Assembly: GCA_028826165.1 (NCBI GenBank)
Contig: JAPDFW010000054.1
Span: forward strand, 372,001 to 436,000
Reading direction: 5' to 3'
Source: Anaeramoeba ignava BMAN
Lineage: Eukaryota > Protista > Anaeramoebae
DNA: 64,000 nucleotides
Position 1 is the stretch's first letter. Each line of letters starts with the position of its first letter. The notes beneath the pieces were generated by a model. It did not search any database and was not told the DNA's origin. It worked only from the letters and a program-made list of their open reading frames with translations. Below are positions 36,395 through 48,400 of this stretch, in pieces. Both the position numbers and the translations under genes were made by a program.

Positions 36395-38204
36395 TTAGTT
36401 ATGTTTAATTGGAATTTTTGGAAATTGTTCAAATTTAATTTCCAAATCAATTTCAAAATTATAAGGAAGTTGTAAAATACGACCACTTGGATATTCTTTT
36501 AATTTTAAATTTTAAAAAATAAAACATTTTAATTTAAAAAAAGTAAAACATTTTTTAATTTAAAAAAAATTTTTTACTTTTTAAATCAATTTCAAATGAG
36601 TTTAATTCTTCTATTTCTTGTTGATCTTGTCTTGATTGTTTTTCTTCTTTTTCTTCAATATTTTTTGGATCATTTAAATTATTATTATTGTTATTGTTAT
36701 TATTATTGTTGTTATTATCAACTCCATTTTGTTCTTCATTTTCCATCTAAATTATTTATTTTGATTTTAATTTTAATTTTAATTTTAATTTTAATTTTGA
36801 TTTTAATTTTAATTTTAATTTTAATTTTAATTTTAATTTTAATTTTTATTTTGATTTTAATTTTAATTTTAATTTTATTTTAATTTTAATTTTAATTTTA
36901 ATTTTAATTTTAATTTTAATTTTGATTTTTATTTTGATTTTAATTTTAATTTTAATTTTAATTTTATATTTAATTTTAATTTTAATTTTAATTTTTGATT
37001 TTAATTTTTGATTTTAATTTTAATTTTTAATTTTAATTTTAATTTTGATTTTGATTTATATTTTTAATTTTTATTTTTAATTTTAATTTTAATTTTTAAT
37101 TTTTAATTTTTAATTTTTTTGATTTTGATTTTGATTTTAATTTTAATTTTAATTTTAATTTTAATTTTAATTTTTAATTTTAATTTTAATTTTAATTTTA
37201 ATTTTAATTTTAATTTTAATTTTAATTTTAATTTTAATTTTAATTTTAATTTTGATTTTAAATTTGATTTTGATTTTGATTTTAATTTTAATTTTTGATT
37301 TTAATTTTATTTTAATAAATACATCAATAGTTGCTTGATTAACAGGTTTACAAGCACGACGAACAAAAGGATCAAATTCTGAATTATTATTTTGTTGAGT
37401 TTTCTTATTCTGTTCGGATTCAAACAAAATTTTCTCATTAATCAATTGATTTCTTTCATTAATTTCAAGAATTTTTTGTTGACTATGAGTAAACTTTGCT
37501 CTTTTTTTCTCAATTTCTTCATTTAATTCCTTCATTTGATTTTTGATTTCAATTTCTTTTTTATAATCTTTAATTTGTTTTGCAGCCTCGAGTTGAAATT
37601 CAAGATCCTGAAGATGGACAGCCAAAGTGGGTTTATTTTTCTTATTTTTAGCGATCATTTGATCGATTTCTTTATGAGTATAAACATGATTTTTTGCGTC
37701 TGAAAGTTGTTTTCTTAAGGATTTAATATTTTCAGTTGTAGGAAGTGGAACGTTATAAGAAATCATTGTTTGTCGCCAATCCTCGAATTCCTTCTGCTGG
37801 ATCGAGCTATTCGACACATATTTCAAGCTAAATCTCTTTGATTCTTTTGCAATTTTTAAGATGAAATATTTTGACGTATTTTTTGATCCAAGATCATAAC
37901 TTGATCCTTCAATAACGTCACCTATTTGTGCTATTTTATAAACAGGTGTTCCCCCAAATCCCCCTAAATTCACCCTTACAAACATCCCCTTCATCACTTT
38001 GTTGAAGAATGGTTCGTGAAGCCAGTGCTCAATTAGCTTCCGTGTCATCCGAACACTCCGTATTTGCTCTATTGTTACCATACCATTTGTTTCCGTTGTG
38101 TTTGTGGTGTTCGTTTTAGTGCTTTCTTCCCCGCTTTCTTTGCTTGTTTGGCTAGGTTCTTGTCCTGCTTGTGTTTGTATCATGTGTTTTCTTCCGTGAT
38201 ACAT
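36395..38204 (-). CDS. RTF1: Rtf1-like Plus3-domain protein (Paf1 complex), 3 exons, short N-terminus
   Basis: IRSVRMTRKLIEHWLHEPFF..GMFVRVNLG..PVYKIAQI..FSLKYVSNS..EFEDW (Plus3), INERN, FDPFVRRACKP. Introns 37322-36747 and 36577-36496 give a C-terminus ending ..YNFEIDLEI..KHN-stop. Confidence 0.88.
36747..37322 (-). repeat. Intron of (AAAATT)n (sense)
   Basis: GTATTT donor, TTTAG acceptor; source of the spurious KIKIKI/ILILIL ORFs. Confidence 0.9.
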
Positions 38205-38212
38205 TTTTTTAG

Positions 38213-38300
38213 AAAATGAAAAATGAAAAATGAAAAATGAAAAATGAAAAATGAAAAATGAAAAATAAAAAATGAAAAATGAAAAATGAAAAATGAAAAA
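38213..38300 (-). promoter_or_regulatory. Tandem (TTTTTCA)n initiator-like array directly upstream of the Rtf1 ATG
   Basis: About 12 heptamer copies ending roughly 10 nt before the ATG; the same motif precedes most genes on their sense strand. Confidence 0.55.
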
Positions 38301-39572
38301 TTAAATTAAAAAATTAAATTAAATTAAATTAATTCAAATTAAATTAAATAAAATAAATTAAATCAAATTAAATTAAAATTAAATCAAATTAAATTAAATC
38401 AAATTAAAAAATTAAATAAATTAAATTAAATCAAATTAAAATTAAATTAAATTAAATCAAATTAAATTAAATCAAATTAAATTAAATTAAATTAAATCAA
38501 ATTAAATTAAATCAAATTAAATCAAATCAAATTAAATTAAATTAAATCAAATTAAATTAAATCAAATTAAATCAAATTAAATTAAATTAAATTAAATCAA
38601 ATTAAATTAAATTAAATTAAATTAAATTAAATTAAATTAAATCAAATTAAATAAAATCAAATTCAAATTAAAATAAATTAAATTAAATCAAATCAAATCA
38701 AATCAAATTAAATTAAATTCAAATTAAAATTAAATTAAATTAAATTAAATTAAATTAAATTAAATTAAATTTAAATCAAAAAATAAATCTAAATTAAAAA
38801 ATTAAATCAAATTAAATTAAATTAAATCAAATCAAATTAAATTAAATCAAATTAAATTAAATTAAATTAAATTAAATTAAATTAAATTAAATCTAAATCA
38901 AATTAAATAAATTCAAATCTAAATTAAATCAAATCAAATCAAATTAAATCAAATTAAATCAAATCAAATCAAATCAAATTAAATTAAATCAAATCAAATT
39001 AAATCAAATTAAATTAAATCAAATTAAATCAAATTAAATTAAATCAAATTAAATCAAATTAAATTAAATTAAATTAAATTAAATTAAATCAAATTAAATT
39101 AAAATTAAATTAAATCAAATTAAATTAAATCAAATTAAATTAAATTAAATTAAATCAAATTAAATCAAATCAAATTAAATCAAATTAAATCAAATTAAAT
39201 CAAATTAAATCAAATTAAATCAAATTAAATCAAATCAAATTAAATCAAATCAAATCAAATCTAAATTAAATCAAATTCAAATCAAATTAAATTAAATCAA
39301 ATTAAATCAAATCAAATATAAATAAATCAAATCAAAAAATTAAAAATCAAATCAAATTAAATAAATTAAATCAAATCAAATCTAATTCAATCAAATTAAA
39401 TTAAATTAAATTAAATTAAATCAAATTAAATTAAATTAAATTAAATTAAATTAAATTAAATTAAATTAAATTAAATTAAATTAAATTAAATTAAATCAAA
39501 TTAAATTAAATTAAATTAAATTAAAATTAAATTAAATTAAATTAAATTAAATTCAAATTAAATCAAAATCAA
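38300..39572. repeat. Intergenic (AAATT/AAATC)n pentamer array
   Basis: About 1.27 kb between the divergent Rtf1 and hydrolase genes. Confidence 0.95.
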
Positions 39573-39654
39573 ATATTATTATTTAAATTTGTTCCCAATT
39601 TTATTTAAATTTATTTTTGTTTTTTTTTTTCATTTTTTTTTTTCAAATTTGTGA

Positions 39655-41058
39655 ATGGATAACGAAAAAGAAAAACCTAAATTGCCATTTCTTCAAGCGA
39701 TCGAAAGCCAAGAAATCACACTCAAAAAAGCAAAAACAATAGAATCATTAAGTATCCTTGAGGGATTAAATTATCTAAACGAATCAATCAAAAGAGATAA
39801 ATTTCATTTAGGACTTTCTCAAATGAAATTAAATGAATCAAAAATCAAAATTTCGGAACTTCTTCAAATAATGGGAGAAACAATAAAAGAAAACGGAAGA
39901 GATGAATACATTGACATTTCGCAAAAGTTAGAACCTTATGAAAAAAGACCAAAAGTTGTTGAAAGTTTCCGAGAAGTAGTGAAAGATGTAAAAGAATTAT
40001 GGATTCAAAAATACGATTGGAAAGAAGATATAAGGGTGATCGAAGATAACTTGGTTGGAGCTAATATCATGGTCGTGATCCCCCGCGAATGGAACCATAA
40101 AGCTCTTCTTATGGCGCATGGATTTAGACCTGAAAATTTAGTCGAACAAAGATGCGATATTGACACAGAAGAATTATTCACCAAAAGACTCCTAAAAAAT
40201 GGATGGATTGTGGCAATGACATCCTATCGACGCAACGGGAGGGTTGTGAGAGAAGGCATTGAGGACATCAACAATTTACGGGGTTTCGTCGTAGAGAATT
40301 TTGGCGAAATTGAGGTATGCATTCTTCAGGGAAGATCAATGGGAGGTTGTGTAGTCACTCATATTGCCGAAATGCACCCTGATTTATATGACGGTTGTGT
40401 TGCAATAGGAGCTGCTTTGTATACCAAGGATGGCGAAAATCCGCTTGATTGGGAATACGAACCAAAAATTCCAATTATTTATTTAACTAACCAATCTGAA
40501 TTGGGTGTGATTCAAGATTATATCAAAAAATCAGGAGAGAAAAAAAAGAAGAACGTGATTATTCCTGCTATATGGGAAGTCTGGAGAGAGGGTCATGATC
40601 TCGTTTCTCAACAGGAGCGCTACATTGCGTTCAAATACTTGATGGATTGGATTCAATTCAAATCATGTGCAACTTATCGCAAAACAAACTTATTTATAAA
40701 TCATCAAAAGAAAAAAGTGGAAAGTCCTGTTTTTGATCAGAATGGTGCTCAAGGTGTTGTTGTAGATATGGATCTTGTTTATGGAAGTTTCTCCCTTAAT
40801 TTTTCTGCGGAAGATATGAAGAAGTTGAATATTGGTCTTGGAAAATGGTTTGATTTTTCTGTTGATGGTTCAAATACTAAGTTTCATGCTTATTATGGTT
40901 CTTATCCTTTTTTTGTTGAAAAGGGATCTTGGATTACTTATGATGATCCTGATGGTCTTCTTTGCTTTGAGATTTTGAATTATTATCAAGTTATTAGTGC
41001 TATTGAAACAGCTGGTGTTTCGATTGGAACAAAAGTTTTTATTTACAAGAACTTTTAA
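39655..41058 (+). CDS. Alpha/beta-hydrolase with WH2-like N-terminus and a C-terminal domain resembling SAM hydroxide adenosyltransferase (DUF62) C-domain
   Basis: LLMAHGF oxyanion motif, GRSMGG nucleophile elbow, EGH His; C-terminus G.VVDMD.VYGSFSLN..VEKGSWI..DGLL..SAIETAGVSIGTKVFI; intronless. Confidence 0.75.
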   Translation: MDNEKEKPKLPFLQAIESQEITLKKAKTIESLSILEGLNYLNESIKRDKFHLGLSQMKLNESKIKISELLQIMGETIKENGRDEYIDISQKLEPYEKRPKVVESFREVVKDVKELWIQKYDWKEDIRVIEDNLVGANIMVVIPREWNHKALLMAHGFRPENLVEQRCDIDTEELFTKRLLKNGWIVAMTSYRRNGRVVREGIEDINNLRGFVVENFGEIEVCILQGRSMGGCVVTHIAEMHPDLYDGCVAIGAALYTKDGENPLDWEYEPKIPIIYLTNQSELGVIQDYIKKSGEKKKKNVIIPAIWEVWREGHDLVSQQERYIAFKYLMDWIQFKSCATYRKTNLFINHQKKKVESPVFDQNGAQGVVVDMDLVYGSFSLNFSAEDMKKLNIGLGKWFDFSVDGSNTKFHAYYGSYPFFVEKGSWITYDDPDGLLCFEILNYYQVISAIETAGVSIGTKVFIYKNF

Positions 41059-41076
41059 GAATTTCATTTATAAAAT

Positions 41077-41240
41077 CAAAATTTAAAATTAAAATCAAAA
41101 TTAAAATTAAATTTAAAATTAAAATTAAAATTAAAATTAAAATTAAAATTAAAATTAAAATCAAAATTAAAATCAAAATCAAAATCAAAATATAAATTAA
41201 AATTAAAATTAAAATAAAAATTAAAATTAAAATTAAAATC
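41077..41240. repeat. (AAAATT)n spacer
   Basis: Hexamer array between the hydrolase stop and the TAF11 upstream region. Confidence 0.9.
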
Positions 41241-41249
41241 GGAAAAAAT

Positions 41250-41303
41250 TTTTTTCATTTTTCATTTTTCATTTTTCATTTTTCATTTTTCATTTTTCAT
41301 TTT
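41250..41303 (+). promoter_or_regulatory. Tandem (TTTTTCA)n initiator-like array upstream of TAF11
   Basis: 7 heptamer copies ending a few nt before the ATG at 41308. Confidence 0.55.
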
Positions 41304-41307
41304 AAAA

Positions 41308-42087
41308 ATGTCAAATCCTTCAAAAAAAAAAAAAAACAAAAGAAAAACTGACGAAAGTAACGAAGAAGAAGAAGAACAACACAAAATACGAATCCGACAA
41401 AGCGATCGAAAAAGACAAACACACATCAAATCAAAATCCCAACGAACAATATTAGAAGAAACAGGACCTAAGAGGAAAGGGAAGAAAAAAAAGAACGACA
41501 GCGATGACGAATACGTTGAAGAAAGCGAATCAACAACAGATTCAATAACAGATGAAGACGATGAAATTGAGCGAGAAATCAACGAATTGCAGGACTTGAA
41601 TTCTCATGATTCTGGTGATGAAACACCGCTCACAAACCCAACAACACCTATTATTTCTTGGAGATCAGAAAATCACACTGAAAAAGAAGAAAATTCAGAT
41701 GATGATTTTGAATATGATTCTTATCAAGCGGAAATTGACTCAAATACTCGTGAGTATTTGAAGACCTACAGAATCAAATTTCTGCAAGAGTTTGATCAAA
41801 CTCCTGTTAAGGATCGATATTGGAAACACCGCAAAGTTGAGTTGAATACTCATGAAGTCAAAAAAATACTTGGAAATATTCCAAATTTACCTTCAGCTGA
41901 TCTTATTAAAATTGTTAAAACTATTTCCCGTAATTTTCTCTCTCAAATTATCGCTGAAAGTAGGCTTGTTATGTCAGAAAATGATGAGTTTGGTTCCATT
42001 TTACCTTCTCATATTCGTGAGGCTTTTAGAAGAATGTCTGAAAAAGGTCAAATTCCTTGGTTGAAAAAGGAAAAGTTTTTGGATTGA
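41308..42087 (+). CDS. TAF11: TFIID subunit TAF11-like histone-fold protein
   Basis: Acidic/basic N-terminus then DRYWKHRK..VKKIL..ISRNFLSQIIAESRLVM..SILPSHIREAFRRM, matching the TAF11 fold (RYE.YRR..KVFVGEVVEEA..PL.PKH+REA.RRL). Confidence 0.82.
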   Translation: MSNPSKKKKNKRKTDESNEEEEEQHKIRIRQSDRKRQTHIKSKSQRTILEETGPKRKGKKKKNDSDDEYVEESESTTDSITDEDDEIEREINELQDLNSHDSGDETPLTNPTTPIISWRSENHTEKEENSDDDFEYDSYQAEIDSNTREYLKTYRIKFLQEFDQTPVKDRYWKHRKVELNTHEVKKILGNIPNLPSADLIKIVKTISRNFLSQIIAESRLVMSENDEFGSILPSHIREAFRRMSEKGQIPWLKKEKFLD

Positions 42088-42461
42088 TTTTAAATAAATA
42101 TTTAAATTAAAATAAAATAAATAAAATAAATATTTGAATTAAAATAAATAAAAATTTAAAATAAAATAAATTAAAATTTGAATTTAAAATCTTTTTTTCG
42201 TTTGTTTTTTTTTATTGTTGTGAAAATTTGTTGAAAAGAAAAGAAAAGAATAATTTCCATCCATTTAATTCTTTCCATTCAAAATCTTTGAAAATTTGTT
42301 CTTCTTCTTTCTTCTTCTTCTTGAATTTTTGAAAATGACAAAAAAAAAAAAAATGAAAAAAGTGAAAAAAAAAAAGATAATTGAAAATTAAATTGAAAAT
42401 TAAATTGAAAATTGAAAGAAAAAGCAAAATTACGAAGTTAGTTAGTTAGTTAGATAATTAA

Positions 42462-45400
42462 TTAGTTAATAATTCCACGAGTTTCTCTTGAAATTTTCTT
42501 CATTTCCTCATCAGTAGGAGGTTCAAAATGGAAAACAGGAACTTCATCCAAAGGAGCATAAGATTCAAGACAACCAAAAATGGAGTTATTCAAATTTTGA
42601 ACAATTTTTGCATTTTGAAGAAAAATTTTTTGTTCGGTTGAAACTGATTTATCATTAAGAACATTATTAACATAAATCAAGTGGTAACTGAAATCAAGAG
42701 CATCAAAAACTTCTCTTTGACCCAAAAAGTGTATAATTGTTGAGCCTGCCCAAGCAAATCCATCTCCAAATATTTCCTGTTTTGAAAATAATTGTTCTTG
42801 TGTTTGTGCGTTTGGATCTTTTTCGGGTGCTAAGCAAAACATGAATTGTAAACTACTCCATAATCTATAGAATTCGTTAGATCGATCAACGTTGAAAAGT
42901 CCAGGTTTTGAATCTCCTAACCATTTAGAACGTACTGGATCAAGCATCTTGTTAACGTGAAGAAGTGCTGCTTTAAATAGTGACATTTTCTTTGAAAGAG
43001 GTCGATAAATCTATTTATATTTTAATTTTATAAATGAATTTTAATTTTATAAATGAATTTTAATTTTAATTTTAATTTTATAAATGAATTTTAATTTAAT
43101 TTTAATTTTATAAATGAATTTTATATTTTAATTTTAATTTTAAATTTAATTTTAATTTTATAAATGAATTTTAATTTAATTTTAATTTTAAATTTAATTT
43201 TAATTTTATAAATGAATTTTATAAATGAATTTTAATTTTATAAATGAATTTTAATTTTAATTTTAATTTTATAATTTAATTTTATAAATGAATTTTAATT
43301 TAATTTTATAAATGAATTTTATAAATGAATTTTATAATTGAATTTTATAATTGAATTTTATTTACCTCCTCAGATTGCCTAGATAAAGAAACAAGAGAAT
43401 TCGAAATTTTGGTTGATTTCCCAAGAGAACTCTTTTGCAAATTAACAACAAGTTGTTCAACAGACTTACTAAGAGTAGAATAAATATTTGAATTCATATT
43501 AGAATCATCAATTAATCTTGGAGTTTCAGTAACATCAATCCATTCATCAGGTTCATTCTCATCAGGATTTTGATCATTTTCATTTTCCTTATTTTCAGAA
43601 TTTGGGAAAATAGCCAAAAATGGGGCAGAATTAATAAAAGTTCTAAAACGTAATTGCGGCATTGCTTGATCAAAAAGCCGCATAAGAAGAATAGTATTTC
43701 CAATTTCGCGGAAATTCTGGAATACATCAGTATCCAAAGCTTCATAATCGCGGATAACTTTCAGTGGGATATCAAAATATCCGAAGCAGCCTTGGATCCC
43801 GTAATCAAGTGATGGAAGATTTGTTTTTGTTGAGATTCCGCTAAGAAGTTCCTCCACATAAGGCGCAAGAACATTTTGGATTTTCAGTCCAACATTTGTC
43901 AAACATTCCTGTGCAATCAATGGAAGATTTTCTTCCCCAATGATTCTAAGCATGGACAAAATATGCGGGATCCCGAAAAATTCCCTTGTTAACGCATTAA
44001 ATTTATCGAATGTTTGATTCATGTCTTCAGATCCATAAAGAAATTCGGCAGGGATTTTCGGTGGGTTGTCCCGAAGAACTTTCTCAACATATGAGATTTG
44101 TGAGCGAATGAATCTTTGAGTCACTGAATTATACACAAAATTAGGGATTAAATCATCGATAAATTCAGAAATGCAATGAAGAATGATTCTTCCGTGTAAA
44201 GAAACAAGCGATGTTGTCTCATCAATTTCCTTGAGCATGCTTTCGAAGCTATCAATCTCGAGATATCCTGAAAGAAGTTGGTGAGTATAACGGATCCCTT
44301 CAAGCAGCTGTTCAAGCTCAACAATTCCTGTGATGTTTGTCGCCTCAAATCTTTGAATTGCGTTGTTAATATTCTCCCGAATCAAGTTGTTCATTTTTTG
44401 TGAGAGTAATTTGCTGATATTAATTGTTCTTCCTAAAAGTTTGAAATGTCTTTGTTTCAAAATAATATCATATCTCGATTTCGGCGGATTTAATTTTTCC
44501 TTCTTTGAAACCTTGGAAATTTCCGCGCGATAATCAGGATCTAAAAGAATTGTAGAGCTCCAATGTTTGTAATGTACAAATATGTGTTCCGCCATTTGAA
44601 AGATTAATTGATCAAAACAAAGATCCACTTCGGCTTGTATTTCCTCAAATAGGAATTGTTGTTTTAGTTTCGATAGTGTAAGTTCTGCTGCGTCGTTATA
44701 AATTGATAATGGGAAAAGCATCATTTCAGCAATGTGAGATGTTCTGAGTGAAAGTGAATGATATGCCAATATCCATGGTAAAGAATGTTCAACGGGAAAC
44801 TAGATAAATTTTTATATTTTAATATTTTAATATTTTAATATTTTTATATTTTAATATTTTAATATTTTAATATTTTTATATTTTAATATTTTTATATTTT
44901 AATATTTTAATATTTTTATATTTTAATATTTTAATATTTTTATATTTTTATATTTTAATATTTTAATATTTTAATATTTTTATATTTTTATATTTTAATA
45001 TTTTAATATTTTAATATTTTAATATTTTAATATTTTAATATTTTAATATTTTAATATTTTAATATTTTAATATTTTAATATTTTAATATTTTAATATTTT
45101 AATATTTTTAATATTTTTATATTTTAATATTTTTATATTTTTATATTTTTATATTTTTTTTTATATTTTTTAATATTTTAATATTTTTTATATTTTAATA
45201 TTTTTATATTTTTAATATTTTAATATTTTTAATATTTTTAATATTTTTAATATTTTTATATTTTTATATTTTAATATTTTTAATATTTTAATATTTTAAT
45301 ATTTTTATATTTTTATATTTTTATATTTTTATATTTTAATATTTTAATATTTTAATATTTTTAATATTTTAATATTTTTATATTTTTAATATTTTTATAT

Positions 45401-48400
45401 TTTAATATTTTTATATTTTTAATATTTTTATATTTTTAATATTTTTTATATTTTAATATTTTTTATATTTTAATATTTTTAATATTTTTATATTTTTAAT
45501 ATTTTTATATTTTTATATTTTAATTTTTATATTTTAATATTTTTATATTTTTATATTTTTTATATTTTTATATTTTTAATATTTTTATATTTTTTATATT
45601 TTTAATATTTTAATATTTTTATATTTTTAATATTTTAATATTTTTATATTTTTATATTTTTATATTTTTTATATTTTTTATATTTTTATATTTTTATATT
45701 TATTTTAATATTTTAATATTTTTATATTTTAATATTTTTATATTTTTATATTTTTATATTTTAATATTTTTATATTTTTATATTTTTATATTTTTATATT
45801 TTAATATTTTAATATTTTAATATTTTAATATTTTAATATTTTAATATTTTTATATTTTTATATTTTAATATTTTACTTGAATCTTATCAGAAAGTTGTAA
45901 ATGAAATTCTCTAAACCATAAAAATCCAAGATCACCACATTTATGAATTGTTTTACCAAGTTGTAAAATATAAGGGAAAATCCAAATTTTCTCTGAAAAC
46001 TCCCGAAGTTGATTAACATGAGCTGAAGAAAGTTGTTTTGTTTTCACAACTGCACCTTTCTTATCGAAAACAGAATGAACATTTTCAATAAGCATTAATA
46101 ATAAAGTAAATTGTGTAGATGTAATTCCAACTTGTTTAAGTCTGAAATTGAAAGGTTTCTTGTATTTCTTGCCAAGAACAGCAGGATCTAATGGAACTTT
46201 TTCATCAATCCAGTCTGCAAGAATTGTTCTAATAAACAATAATTTATTAAATGTTTCTTTCTTTTTTTTTGCTGTTTTTTGGATCATTGGATGGATTGTG
46301 TTTTGCACAAATTCTTGAATTTCTGTGTAAATATATGATCTGATTATATAAGCAAAAATACTTTCGTTTTTTTTAAGTAAATCGGAAAGTCCTTTAACCA
46401 TTGCAATATATTCAACGAATGAATTTAATTCTTTTGCAGTATAATTGTATCTTACGACCTATTAAATAAATTTTAATTTTAATTTTAATTTTAATTTTAG
46501 ATTTTAATTTTAATTTTAATTTTAATTTTAATTTTAATTATAATTTTGATTTTAGTTTTTATAAATTAGCTCACCTTTTCATAATCTGATGTTGATGTCG
46601 GACATTTAACAGTTGTTGGATGATGATATTTAAAAGCAGTTTGTTCCATAATAGCTGAAGTCCATTCAGATAATTGGCGTAATCCTCGAATAAGTAAATC
46701 AATAACTTTTGTTCTTTGTTGAGAAGTTAAATCTTCTTCATTAATAACTTGATTTTTGATTTCACCGATTGTGTGGCAAAATTCAGATATATATTTGTTA
46801 TTTTTTGTTCTTTCTTCTTCTATATGATTAACTAATAAATAATCTGTTGGTGTTTTTTTATCTTCAAGTGGACCCCAAATAGAAGATGTATAAAAAGGAA
46901 CTTGTGTAAGAAATTCATCAGTTTTTGTTGCCATATCTCCATAAAGTAACAAAAATGGAGTTTTCTATTATATTTAATAAAATATATAATAAAATTTATA
47001 TTTAATAAAATTTATATATTTTTAATCTCTTTTTTAATAAGAACTAACTTTCAAAATCTTTCCAATTCTTGAATTTGGAATATTCTTCATTTTGAATGGG
47101 TTTTTTTTCTCGTTTTTTTGATCTCCAACAAAAATTAAACAACTAATAATCATTCGAATTTGTCTATCCTTTTCACTTGGATAAAGATATAATTTGTTTT
47201 CACATTTATCTAAATAATAATTAAGTAGCATATCAAGAATTCCTTCATAACTATTATTTAAATTTTAATTTAATTTTTAATTTTAAATTTAAATTTATTT
47301 TTATTTTAATTTTATTTTGATTTTTAAATTTACCCATCAATTTTAGATATTTCTGTTTTCAAATGATGAATAAGTGAATATTTATTGGCAAGAAACAAAC
47401 TAATTGCATGCATTTCTTCAACAAGTTGAATAGATTCAATTTCTGTACTTGAAATAATTGAAAAAGCTCTGAAAAAGAAAATTTAATAAAATTTTTAATT
47501 TTAATTTTAATTTTAATTTTAATTTTAATTTTAATTTTAATTTTAAACTTTAATACCTTTTATAATGAGAAAAATCATTTGAAAAAGATGGTTTTTGATT
47601 TAAAATCAAATCAACTTGTATATATGAATCAATAAGTTTTCCTAAAGCATCAAGTAAACAATTTGAAATTACAACATCTTTTTTTGTAATCATTGATTTA
47701 ATAATCTAAAAAAATAATTAAAAAAAAATAATTAAAAATTTATTTAAAAATTTAATTTGTATAAAAATACTGAGCAAATATAAGCTGTTGTATCATCTCT
47801 GAATTTAATTAATTTTCTTGCGTTTTGAAGAAGTGGTTCAAGTAAATCTGATGTTAATTTATAAAATTCTTTTGTTACTTCTTCATTTGGAGGAGGATCT
47901 AGTTCATTTTTAGTCTATTTTTATATTTTGAATTTGATTTTAATTTGAATTTTGATTTTGATTTTGATTTTAAATTTGATTTTGATTTTGAATTTGATTT
48001 TAATTTTGAATTTGATTTTGAATTTAATTTTGATTTTGATTTTGAATTTGATTTTGAATTTATTTTTGAATTTAAATTTTAATTTTAATTTTGAATTTGA
48101 ATTTGAATTTGATTTTGAATTTGAATTTATTTTTGAATTTAAATTTTAATTTTAATTTTAATTTTGAATTTTGAATTTGAATTTGAATTTGAATTTTGAT
48201 TTTGAATTTGATTTTGAATTTGATTTTGATTTTGAATTTTGATTTTGAATTTGAATTTGAATTTGAATTTGAATTTGATTTTGATTTTGATTTTGATTTT
48301 GAATTTGAATTTGAATTTTGAATTTTGAATTTTGAATTTGAATTTGAATTTGAATTTGATTTTAAATACCTTTGTTATGGTATTTGTAATACTTCGATGT

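Noticed and set aside
38300-39572. Telomeric repeat or chromosome end
   Set aside because: No G-rich strand, internal position between two genes, and the same motif fills an RPC3 intron.
39655-41058. Higher GC of the hydrolase as evidence of recent horizontal transfer
   Set aside because: Neighbouring native genes (Rtf1, TAF11, long CYFIP exon) show the same GC elevation, so composition is uninformative here.
41238-41256. Recurrent CGG/CCG next to A-run/T-run junctions in non-coding DNA (also ~48900, 49657, 53186, 54499, 62952)
   Set aside because: Too short and variable to separate from background without statistics.
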